Below, piece after piece: positions 32,194-44,600 of a DNA stretch of 64,000 bases. Made by a program: the position numbers and the translations under genes. How positions within the stretch are numbered: position 1 is the stretch's first letter; each line of letters starts with the position of its first letter. Where the stretch lies: positions 1-64,000 of the forward strand of contig NW_026782312.1 in NCBI RefSeq assembly GCF_031769215.1. The letters are read 5' to 3'. The notes beneath the pieces are model-generated. The model was not told where the DNA came from. It made no database searches and saw only the letters and a list, made by a program, of their open reading frames with translations. Origin of the DNA: Ylistrum balloti (Eukaryota).

Positions 32194-35100
32194 ATGACGG
32201 ACACTAATTCTGACACGAGCTCACTACCTGAAGCACGCGATGCTAAAGACAACATGCTGTATGAACTTCCGGTCGACCGAGGATGGGCTTGGGTCATTCT
32301 AGTTGGTATGTAATTTTATATCAAATCTGTATTGACGCTCGAGTTTTGCTCTCTAAAAAATCTATATGAATGTGAGGGTTTACCTCTCTAAAAAATCTGT
32401 ATGCGATATACTAACAAATATCAACGTATAGCATTGCCAATGTATATACTGAACAAGAATACAGATTCATAAGGTTCTAAATCAATAACATTGCAAGTCT
32501 ACTAGAGTCTAGTTACAAAATCTAGTTACCAAGATATATCATATTGATCTAAATAAAAGAAATGATATTTTGGTCGACCGCACTTCAGAAGAATTATAAA
32601 ATAAATCGTATATTTTAGTCCAATTATTTTTTCACGTGATACCAGTTAACGTAATGTCCAATTCAAACTTTCCATGTGGCCCTGGTTAACTTTATGTCAA
32701 ATACAAACATTTGATATTGTTCCGGTTACATATGTGGAATTTAATTTTTTCACTCGGCTCTGGTTATCGTTTATCATAACAAATACTACTTATACATCAC
32801 AAAAGTCGTTTGATAATTAGCTAACTATTTTGCTTTTGATTGTATCATCGACTAAACGAACGAAATCACTTTGGTGTTGCTGGTATACATTTCGTTGATA
32901 CCTTGGTTTGCCGTTACCTGTATACCCCATTTTAATTCATTCGAATATTGGCACAGTCCAGATTACACACGTGTACTTGATTATTGCTTTAAAATCGAAT
33001 ATATAAGAATTAGGAAATTTATTGAATTATGGAGTTAGTGCAACATTCCATCTGGATGTTGACATTTTCTTCCAATCACTTTGGATTTCTTCAGTCGCCT
33101 CCTACCTTAAAAATTTAGGCCCTAAGCATCACTGACGAGTCCTAGAAGGACGCAACAGTTGCATGATGTAGCATCACTGACGAGTCCTAGAAGGACGCAA
33201 CAGTTGTATGATGTAAAACTACTGCCGAGTCCTAGAAGGACGAAACAGTTGTATGATGTAACACCACTGCCGAGTCCTAGAAGGACGCAACAGTTGTATG
33301 ATGTAACACTACTGCCGAGTCTTAGAAGGACGAAACGGTTGTATGATGTAACATCACTGACGAGTCCTAGAAGGACGAAACAGTTGTATGATGTAACATC
33401 ACTGACGAGTCCTAGGAGGACGAAACAGTTGTATAATGTAACATCACTGACGAGTCCTAGGAGGACGAAACTGTTGTATGATGCATCACTGACGAGTCCT
33501 AAGAGGACAAAACAGCTGTATGATGTAGTTTAATTCTTTGGTTGACTCTACTATATCTAACTCTTTTGTATTAAAGACGCAATTTAATTATGTAATCTTA
33601 GACTTATCTTGTAACCGTATCATTATAAACACTATAGATGTGTATTTTAATTGATAAAAGTTTTGTCCAAAAAGAAGTACTGATATTTTCAGCACAAAAA
33701 GAATATTTAATTAATATAACATTATTCAATAGATCACATTTTATAGCCGAACTTTATTGTACTCAATCCAGTTCAATGTGGTAACGGAAAAGATGATAGT
33801 GAAGGAAAATTGGACAACTAGGTTAAGACTGATGGAAGTAATAAAGTTACAAGATAAAAAGGCTAAGGTGCAAGTCTGTTGACGAAAGATGCAACAAAAC
33901 ACTTTATTGTATTGTTGATTGGTATTATTTCATAATTTGAAATAAGTGATAACGAATTATATTGGTGACACGTGTTTTAGCCAGTACCCTCATCACCACG
34001 CTATACGCTGGGATTTTCAAGAGTTTTGGACTATTCTACGTAGAAATCTTGGATGTCTACAGCAGCAATGTATCTACTACATCATTAATATCATCTCTAC
34101 AGTTCGCCGTCTACTGTGTCACAAGTATGTAGATTTGGTTGCATTTGTGTTTTTTACGAAGTCACAATACCTAAAGGAGACGGGTGATTGAGACCATAAG
34201 TTCTACTACAAAGCTCAACACAGTTAAGCTGTTCTTCATCAAGTCAGGTTTAATTCTTTGACTTTCACGAGTTTGTGAAACTAAATTCCCTAGATAGTGG
34301 TTCGGTGTTTTCTTTCCTGAATTGAGAAAATTCAAATTGCATTTAATCGAGATATTGAAATTTTGAAATATTTAGAATATTGACTGAGAACTTTCCCTTA
34401 ATTGACTAAAATAGAATTGTCCACGGTGAAAGTGAGAGTATCATCTCGTTATTCTTTCTGTCGTGACTGTTTATCTGCACGGTGAGCCTATCAAAGCATT
34501 GTTTTCTTGAAGGACTATACAAAAACTCACCGGAGAATATCATATTTCGATACAAATATCTTGTAACATAAAGCGGTTCAATAAATTACACACTCATCTC
34601 TATCGCTAGGCGCCTAAAGTAATAAAACCTACCTTAAAGTCAAAAATGGTCATTAATCTTAAAATAAAAACCCGGAAAACAAAAAAGCAAAAAAAAGCCA
34701 AACAAAAATACCGGGAATTTCAATATTAAAATCCTTGTTGTACATTGCTACAATATTTTGGGGTCGTAATCCGGGATTCGACATCACGACACCCTTAACA
34801 AATAGTATGAGATGACAATTTAATGTCATTTCCTCATATATATTTTTAGGCCTGTTAATGGCTGATGACTGTGAATTGGTTGAGATCTATATTCGAACCA
34901 TTAAGAGAGATATACATTGTATCCATGTAAAAACAACTTTATTCGCCGACAAGTTAATCGTTTTATTTTGTTATTAATAGCAATTTTCCTTTTTCGTCGT
35001 TAATGGCATTTGATTTTAGTAAATTTTCACTGTTTTTCCAGCTGTTCCAGTCATGACGTCATTGACACGGCGTTCCAGTATCCGTTGCTGTCAGCTGGCT

Positions 35101-38100
35101 GGTATCCTGATAACGGCTATTGGATTTGGACTGAGCTCATTGGTCCACAGCCTGGACCTGCTCATTCTTACCCAGAGTATTCTTAGTGGTATGTGACATA
35201 ATTGTTACACCTAAGCACATGTTATGTAAATCAGCCCCAACTACAAAATATACACATTTTCAGATGTGACAATCATATAATACCAGTTGTGTGTTCAATA
35301 TAGTTACAGGTTGTTACTGGAATTATTACCTCCACGCTATTTTATTCTTAGGAGATGGTCAGAAATAAGCACACAGGCAACTTGATTACAGCCATAAGAG
35401 AAAGGAAAAGAAAACCTAAAGTCACTATTAAGTATATTAACTTTCTTATTGTTCTTCAAGCCTGTCGCGAACTTAATTTGTCATGCTTTTACCCACTTTT
35501 AGACCTTGTTAAAAGAAACTTCTCAGTCAAAAGATTATTCTTTGTTAACTTAGAAATTCTTGTAGTAATTAAAACTTTGATTTATCTAACGACCATTTAA
35601 CGAATAGTCCATCCTGTGCCTGCTCTTCTGGATATGAAACTGTTTCCCATTACTTTCTTGAATGTCTTATGTATAATAATCATAGACTCTTTCTGTTTAC
35701 GTCTGTTAATATTTATAGATACTATAACCATATTGATACAAACATCTTTCTACAATGTCCTGACTGTAACGGAAATACAAACAGAATGTTACTAAATGAT
35801 GTTCAATTATTTATTGGTTAAACCCGCTTCATATCTGATAAATTTAATTTCAATCACTTACGGAGAGAACTTCCATGGGCTCCGATCCTATTGACTCAAT
35901 CTGTATTACATTTTATGTCAGTAAAATATGTTCGAATGAAATGAAAATGAAATAAAACTTATAAATATATGGAACCCTTGAACCATTTTTGTTTGTACAC
36001 GAGGCAAGTAAATAGCACCGTTTACTACAAATTAAGAGTTAGATACAGTAGAACCAAACTGCATCACACAGCTGTGCTTTCTTCTAGGACTCGTCATTCA
36101 TGATTAAGGCCTTTGAATGCTAGCAGGCGACTGAAATAATTCAAAGTGGTAAAAAAAAGTCCTAATTTGGACATGGAGATGCACTAACTCCATAATCAAA
36201 TAATTTTCGTAATTTTCATATAACAGATAATGTGTCAAAAGAATGTACATGTTCTGAACCGTGGCACTATTTGATGTATGATGTGGAATCCAGTTTACAA
36301 TATTGATGATTCCTTTAACAAACATGTGAGAGTAAGTTCATGAAAGCGTTTGTCCGAAATTACAAAGAAAGTATATTGGTCGCATGTCTTTTTCAACGAG
36401 ATGTAGTATTTTCTAGAATTACCATGATTTCTGAATTCTAAACAGCTTATAATTCTGAGGTAATTTATCACTGCCTTTTGGAAAGGTATCGGTTTTGGCT
36501 CATGCCATACAAATTTTGTTGCTTTTTTCATCTCCATTTATAGTTAATATACTGTTGAATTTATTGATGTCAAATGATTTTCACTTATAATTCACAATTG
36601 TTTTTAAAGAATGTACTTATAGAATAAAACATGCTGAAGATATTTATGAATTGGTGGAAATCATGAATCATTTCCTGTAGGATAACAACATTGATAATAC
36701 TGACATGTTTACAGAAATATTATCCATACCTGAAATCGACGAATCTAAGGCAAAATATGAACGAAAGAAATTTAGCTTAGAAGACATTGATTATAAACCA
36801 CGTGTACAGCTAGTTCAATGAAAAAGGGAACTGCTATAAAATATGCAGAACTTCTTTGCATTGTATTGTTAATATTGTGTCATTATGTATCAATTTATTT
36901 TTACAGGACTAGGCATGGCTCTGGTTTACCCCACGGCTATCGTCTTAATCGGAAAGTACTTTCGAGGGCGTCTTGGATTAGCAAACGGTGTCTTGATGTC
37001 TGGTTATGCTTTAGGGGGCGTCACCCTGCCTCCTCTATTGCGGTATATTTTGGATGAGTATAGATTAGAGGGTGCCCTGTTGTTGACAGCGGGGATTATA
37101 ATCAATTGTCTTCCCCCAGCCTGCTTGCTGCGACCATTTGAGTTTTACACAGAACGAAACTCGGGATCAACGAACAAACTGGAAGGAAATCATGTAAAGA
37201 TTGATAGTAAACATGAGAACATGTTGACGAACAGTTGTGCATTTAAAGATTGTCGAAACAAGGACCAATCGTCGGCACTGTTGTCTGGTTATAATCCAGA
37301 CACCACCCTTGCGAGTGCGTCGGCTCCAAATCTTTCCTCATCTAGACACGTAACCAATGGAGTAGTCACTTCCGGTAAAAATGGAAGCGATAGTCAAATC
37401 GATAGTATTCTTACAAAAGGCAATGCAGAGTATTTAGAACCATGCATTTTTGGATATCTAAGTACAGGAGAGTTTACAAATCTATCACAGGAAACTGTAA
37501 GAAAGATGTCAAAAGACAATGATTCTTCAAAATCAGTTCATGATTCGTCTCTGATTAAACGTTTGTTTAATAAATGTAAATCTTGGCAAATGTGCAGCCC
37601 GATTTTATGGAGAAATAAGCTTTTCCTTTTGCTTATTCCAATATATTGTTTCGCAAGTGTTGGATCAGAAACATGTCATCTCTTTTCACCATCTTTTGCT
37701 AAGGACAGGGGAATATCGAGCTCCAAGATCGCGACACTGGTATCCATACAGAGTATGTGTGACTTTGTTGGTAAGTTAATCTACCCAAATAGTTAGCTAT
37801 TGAAACTTACACAGGAAAAGAAACAGCTTATGTGATAATGATAAATCAACTGATCGTTTCACCTTAATTGTATTCAGTGTTTGGATTGTCTGGTGGGCAT
37901 TGTTTTCAGTTCAAAGATCTATTAAGAGAAACCACTCAGAAATTATTTATATATTATAGACTATAGAATATCTGTTCACGTACAGGTAATATATGTAGTT
38001 GGTCGAACTTGACTGATCAGTACTACGCAAACACCCTGCTGACCAGCCAAACTGTTGTACTAGGTTGAAGATGTCCCTGTGCAGACCCATTCTGCGCGTG

Positions 38101-39914
38101 CTATAGGTTATTGGTTTTTTACATAACCTTCAGCTGAGCACGTGTTACAATAAGATGACTGACATCATTAACAGAAATACATCTCTGTTTCAGGACGTGT
38201 CTTAAGTGGCTATATTGCAGATCTACCCCGGATTAAACGACAACAGATAGTAATGATTTCGCAAGTGATAGCAGGTCTAATAATGCAGCTGACGCCATTG
38301 TTCCATACCTTCTGGTCTCTTGTTCTTTTCTCAGCTGGCTACGGTCTTACGGCGGGTATCATATTTGCATTGTTTCCACCTATCCTCTCTTCTTCCGTTG
38401 GTCAAGACATGTTCCCAACAAGCGTGGCAGTAATGATTCTGATAAAAGGATCCTTTGTGGGTGGACTGATTCCTTTTCTTGGTAAGTAAATCTAACTGTA
38501 ACATTGATTTTCAAATGGCTCTAATTTTCGAGGCTTTACCAAAATATCTTATGAAAGAGGGAAGTATTTATCTCGACTGCATTTCCTTAATTTTTAATGG
38601 ATCTATTTTTCCGCGATTTTATACCGTTCTTGAAAATAGTAAAAATTGGAATCCCTCAAAAATTACATCATTTACAGTACAAGTGCTAGCCATTATATGA
38701 GTTATGGGAATATAATGACAAAATCTTGTTATAATCCATGTTTTGTTGTTTTGTTAGTTACGCACTATAAAAACCATTTTGTTACTTATACATTATGTAA
38801 ATCATTTGTTTTTTATTTCCATTCTGTACTTACCGAATTTACCAACGATAGCGTGGCGTTATTTATTACACTGCAAGATTATATGACGAGTCTAATGTGA
38901 GGTACCAAGCAGCTGATTGTTGTGTTTTCTATTTCTGTTGCGATGCTCTTCTATTCTTAACGTTTTTGATGCTACAATACTTTAACATGCATAAGAGGTG
39001 ATAACATACTACTCTAACAGGGTGTTGTTGGTACTTCACGTGTGATGTTAATTTGGTATTAAAAATTCATTAAGAGTGTGTTGTGTATGTATACTACACT
39101 AAATGTGTGTATTCAATGCAACTCCTTTTCGACTTTTTACGTTTTTTTATTCATTACTATTTCATTGACTTGTATTCGCTATTCTTGACACTTTTGAATA
39201 ATACATGATGATTTAAACGTTACTTCTACTAATATTGAAACTTTTGAGTATTGGATGATAATTTCCACACTACTCGTACTAATATTGACACATTTTGATA
39301 ATAGATGATAGTTTCCATACTCCTTGTAACAATCTTGACACATTTAAATGATATATGATATTTTCCACACTGCTTGTACTAATATTGACAATTTTGAATA
39401 ATAGATGATAATTTCCATACTGCTTTTAACAATCTTGACATTTTGATTAATAGGAAATAATTTCCACATTACTTGTTCTAATATTGACATATTTGAATAA
39501 TAGATGATGTTTTTCCTATCGTTGGTACCTACCATGACACATTCAGATAATAGATGATAATTTCCATACTATTTCTAACATGCTTGACACAATTAGATCA
39601 TAGATGATAATTTCCATACTGTTTGTAACATGCTTGACACATTTAGATAATAGATGATAATTTCCATACTGTTTATAAAGAACTTGCCTTGATTATTTCT
39701 CTGTGCTGGTATCTCTCGTTGTTTTCCTTGCTGATATTAACGTATTATTAATCTTATTCCAGGTTATCTCCGAGACAGTACAAACGAATTCCACGCGACC
39801 TTCCACTTCATGGGAGCAACATCATTGATAGCGTCCTTGTTATTGCTACTATTTGATAGAATTGCTGTAAAGCATCACGAGGGCGCCATTTCAGTTGAAA
39901 TAAGTGGAGATTAA
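32194..39914 (+). CDS. Monocarboxylate transporter (SLC16/MCT family, MFS), paralogue 1, 568 aa, 6 coding exons
   Basis: Exons 32194-32305, 33981-34124, 35042-35188, 36907-37770, 38194-38481 and 39763-39914 join in frame (1707 nt). The motifs PVDRGWAWVIL, YAGIFKSFGLFY, IGKYFRGRLGLANG, LLRP, CDFVGR and GYLRD are SLC16 hallmarks. Confidence 0.93.
33127..33525 (+). ncRNA. Tandem array of nine 45-nt minimal hammerhead ribozyme units; units 6-8 have an intact catalytic core
   Basis: Unit: CATCA (stem I) CTGACGA (core C3-A9) GTCC-TAGAA-GGAC (stem II) GAAA C-AGTT-G TA (short stem III, GUA cleavage triplet) TGATG (stem I') TAA. Units start at 33127, 33172, 33217, 33262, 33307, 33352, 33397, 33442, 33484. 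Confidence 0.9.
36055..36180 (-). mobile_element. Decayed single copy of the hammerhead-bearing element (antisense, MCT1 intron 3)
   Basis: The minus strand reads TTTCAGTCGCC...GGCCTTAATCATGA-ATGACGAGTCCTAGAAGAAAGC-ACAGCTGT-GTGATGCAGTTT. Confidence 0.7.
39230..39675. repeat. Degenerate 50-bp minisatellite (about 9 copies) in MCT1 intron 5
   Basis: GATAATTTCCATACT... recurs at 39556, 39606, 39656, with more diverged copies upstream. Confidence 0.85.
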
Positions 39915-41694
39915 TAGTTTATATTTTATTTGTCAATTTACATTGTCATTATTTTTTTATAAATTCATAAAAGTGAAATTTAAGTTCATAGTCTTGTTGG
40001 TCTACAGTGCAGCAAGTTCTAGTTGAAATTTTATAAGGGAGCTAACTCCCATTCAAAACGAATAAGCATAACTAAGTTGGCACGCTCCAGACTGTTCATT
40101 TATCCGATGATGGTGACCGTTAAGTCAAAGAAACATCACACTCAAATCTTCTACTGGTTGTGTTATAAGAACTTCTATTCTATAATAATGCCCTTTTGTT
40201 TAATTTTCACTAATGTATAACTGCTGGCAAGTTTGTTTCTGATGCATTTTATTTATTTCGAGATATTCAGTGTTATGTTGGAAATACTGTCGTGTTTAGT
40301 TAACATATTATTACACGAAACATTATCTTAAATTCTGTGTTTGTCAGTGTTTGTGTGATCAGTGATGGTACACATCATTTCATACTCATGAGAAATTAAA
40401 CTCTTTCAATAAACCAACGTCTTGTGTGGTATGTTTGGATGCTGTCAAGTACTTCCCGCCATAGATGATGGGAACACGTTCAAGGCATTGACAGGCGTTA
40501 AGAAAAATGTTTTATTTCGAGCCCACCATTAATAGAATTGGATATTTCTGAAACTTCATTTGCAAATTCCCTTTGGTCTCTAGTTATTTCTGTTTGAGTT
40601 TTTGGACTAATCAAAAAAACAAAATGGCCGACTGGTGGCCATCTTCGATTTTTTACAATGGAACGAAGATGCCCTTTGGTCCTTAGTTGTGCTTTTTTAA
40701 TTTTTAGTACATACATGGAAATACATAGAAAACATGGAAACGTCTTTCTTATTTATCTATTGTCAGGGTAATTTAAATTATATGATGAATAAATTTATAT
40801 CGATGTTACATTAACAACACTTTTATATTTGACATCTTGGATTTGGCATTTAAAGATTATCGCTATTTCTTTAGAAGATTTTAAGTTTTATATTATTAAG
40901 AGCAAAAAAAAGACGAAATAAGAGAAAAGCTGAGAAAGCATTGAATTTTCAAAGAACATAAAGTTTTAATGGATGCGATTATCTGTTCAAGATCTCTTGT
41001 TCGTTATTAACAATTATTGCGTAATGGTGTTATCAATTGCTATTTTTATTATCCGTTAAACTGACAGATCATTACGCGTCAATATGAGTCATTGAAATGT
41101 GAAAGCAATCTTTCTAAAGGAAACCTAGAGACGTTTCTAGAATTAAATATATCAAGTTAATGAGGAAAAGCAGGTAAACAAAGGACAACAACAAATAAAA
41201 TAATAAAAAAACAAAATAAAAAAACAATAACCAAAAAAAAAAACAATTTCTTTTTGATATGCAAAGCAGAGATTTTCCCTTGCGATTTTTTTGTTGGACG
41301 TTTATATCGATTTGTTTATACCTACTATATATTTTGAGATACTATCTCATCTAATGTTGGTATCCTGGATGCACCAGGTGTGGAATATATTACCTGTCCA
41401 TATCAACAATGTTATGAAGCAACGTGACCAATCTCTATTGTAACAATCAGTGTATTTACCAAGAAGAAGATGTAACCGATGCGATAGGCTTCAGAGGATC
41501 ATCTCGATATACATAACATTGGCAGATGTCGCTTTGATTAGTATTGATAGGAAACGTCACTTCAATTTTAATGGGACCTGAATCTTAATATATTTATGAT
41601 TCTGGCCACGTGACCTGGATTCTCTCTCAGTTACATACTTATAACAACTGTTAATCTGTCCTAAACAGTTTGAGCATACCTTGCGAGAGGCTTC

Positions 41695-44600
41695 ATGTCC
41701 GAGACACTAGAATCAGAGGAGGAGTTCCGCTTCTTGGCTGATCAGTCGAATCCCACTGTGGATGAACGTGGCGATGTCCCAATCGACCATGGTTGGGCTT
41801 GGGTTGTTCTAGCCGGTAGGTACATAAATTGCCTTACCTTATACAATATAGTATATTATTCTACGTGTGTTAACGGCTTGATAAACCACTGCCCTTTTTT
41901 ATTAATAGACATGGAACAATTTTATTATTTGTTCATTGCCGTGGTAACCTAATTGATATGATGAAAACATTTATGTTACTTTAACAAAACATATTCAACA
42001 TAAATAAGAAAAAACATTGATAACTTTTTTAAATCGAGACTGCAAACGACAATTGTTAATATCAAAGCTCAAAATATTTTAGTAAATGATATTTTATCAA
42101 TAAGTTTTTTTCGGATATTTATGGTATAAGAAAACCTCTATAGTTTTTTAATTGATACTACTGACGTAACACATTAAAATGCATCAGTGTTACGTAATGT
42201 TCAGACCTTGTCCTGCTGACACTGTCAATGAGATGTGATAGTCTAGCGCAATATGGACCTTGCACTATCCTATATAGAACTTGTGTTATCATTACTATTG
42301 ACAAGACAAAAAGCAGGTTTTTAACGCGTACATATGTACTTACACATTATCCAGACTGTTGTACGATCGCTAATAATTCCAATGCACTAGGTTACTAAAT
42401 ATAGCCTGTCAAATTGCTTCATATATGCCAAGTCAGTCCAAACAGTGACCATGAATACATATTGTATACAATATATTGTGCATACATATACTTGAAGGTA
42501 GCAATGCTATAGACGCTTTATGAAAGTCTGTAACGGTTAATAATACATTATTATGCAGTGTTCATGTCCTGACATTTAAATGATACGGCGCTTGATATAA
42601 TCGTAACGCCTTCAGTGAACACTATTTTTGTACCTTTTTAATGAATGACTCGTATTTCTAATAAAACAAAACTCTTGTAACGTTCTTGAATCTGAGTGAC
42701 AGATAAAGTACCTCTTCGTTATAATTTGAATTCTCTATGAGTATATTTCAAACTCTTTTGTAGTGTTTATAATGTTACATAGCGGTGGTTCTTCGTGATC
42801 ATTGACTTAAGTGATCTGGGTACATCTTGTGATCGCCATTTTGTTGGTTGTGTCCGTGCCTCTGTTAGAGCCTGAAGTACATATCATGTTTGCATCAAAA
42901 CTGATGATGAAGTGATATTCAGGATGGTCGGTTGGCACGGTGGTAACGAACTCGCCTTTCACCTAAGTGTTCAGGGTTCGATTCCCGGAATTGCCGTGGA
43001 AAGGCATGGAGTCGCCAGCCCGACCATGTAGGTTCCATTGGTACTCCTGGTTTCTCCTACAATAAAACCCCTCGAACATTGTTATAAAATAAATTGATAA
43101 AGTTTAAACTGTTGACGTGACCGTTATTAAAAGAAAAAGAACTCTTAATTTCGGTAGAAAAGATTATACAGGTTGACTGTAGTATCTGTGATGTACCTTT
43201 TCCTATTTTAGCTAGCATAGTTATCAATGTGTTATACGCTGGAGTATTGAAGTCGTTTGGGATCTTCTTCATCGAGATACTGGATGTTTACGGCGGTGCA
43301 GTCTCGACAACCTCCCTCATATCTGGACTTCAGTTCACCGTATACTGCACAGCAAGTAAGCATTTCCTCTGGAACATTGAATTTATAACATGTGTCTTGT
43401 CTTCCTGGTTTTTGTTGGTGTTCGTCTTCTGTTAAGATACTGAAATACACTCAATGATTTATTTTCATACTTTTCTGTCGCTTATTGTAATTAACATACC
43501 CACATTTAATGTGTGCACTCATCCCTACTACTGCGTGTTTAATTAACAATATCCCTGTAGCTGAATGTTTCATTACAGTACCGGTCGTGTCCATGTATAT
43601 ATCCGAATTGATGTCTCTTTCACTAAGCCTGCTAACGTTTGTTCATTCATTCTGTCCTTCTCTGCAGTAGGACGAAATCGCAGTGTGGGTTGTCTACAGT
43701 GCATGATCGATAAAGACAACTAACTTTGATACTAATGTATATACATTCGTCACATTTATCATTTGCTACCCTGCAGGAGCCAAAGAAATACACATGTATT
43801 CTGTCCCAAGAGGCGACCAATTCTGATGTCCACAGATCTTTCTCGTGTATAAAGAAGGCATTACAGGTGCTAGAATTAATCTATCTACTTTCCGAATGTA
43901 GCAGTTTGGATCTTTTCTTTTTTTCTCAGTGTACTTTCTCTGTCTTAGTTTGTGTCTACCTAGACTAGTAGACATAACCAAATAATGTAGAAGGTTGGTA
44001 CTGTCATATAGTAGCACAAATACTTAATGTACCTGTATAACACTAGACACTCAATGAAATGTTCAAGATGAATCAGAAGGAATATGATGCCATTGTTTTA
44101 CAGAATGTCACTTCTATGAAGTGACACTATCAGATGAGTTCCCTGTTTTACAACTCAATAAATCAATCGATATAAGACCTAAAGCGCAAAATGTTTTAAC
44201 AAAATATACTCAGCATATTAAATATGATTATTTCACGACCAGATGTGCCCGTACTTATGATCCTGTTACGGTACCAGAGCGTGCGCACCTGTCAGCTGAT
44301 CGGTATTACCTTCAGTTCCTTGGCGTACGCCCTCAGCAGTTTGACCACACGGCTGGATCTCCTTATTCTTTGCCAGAGCCTTCTAAATGGTGAGACTCTG
44401 TTATATGTTTGTATAAAGAGAAATTCTACTCAATTTTCAAAACGATAATATTTTCAATTACTGTAAAATGAAGGCATTTGACATTGTATAGAAAAAAAAT
44501 ATGATAATAAAACTACATATCTTTAACTCTCGCCCGTTACTAGTGACTGATATACAAGTGCTTACGTCCACTAAAACTTCTTTAAGAATAAAAGGAGTAT

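Noticed and set aside
33159-33533. 124-aa ORF of TSLTSPRRTKQLYDV repeats resembling an SPKK/protamine-like protein
   Set aside because: It lies inside an MCT intron, is a by-product of a 45-bp unit, and the sequence is fully explained by hammerhead structure.
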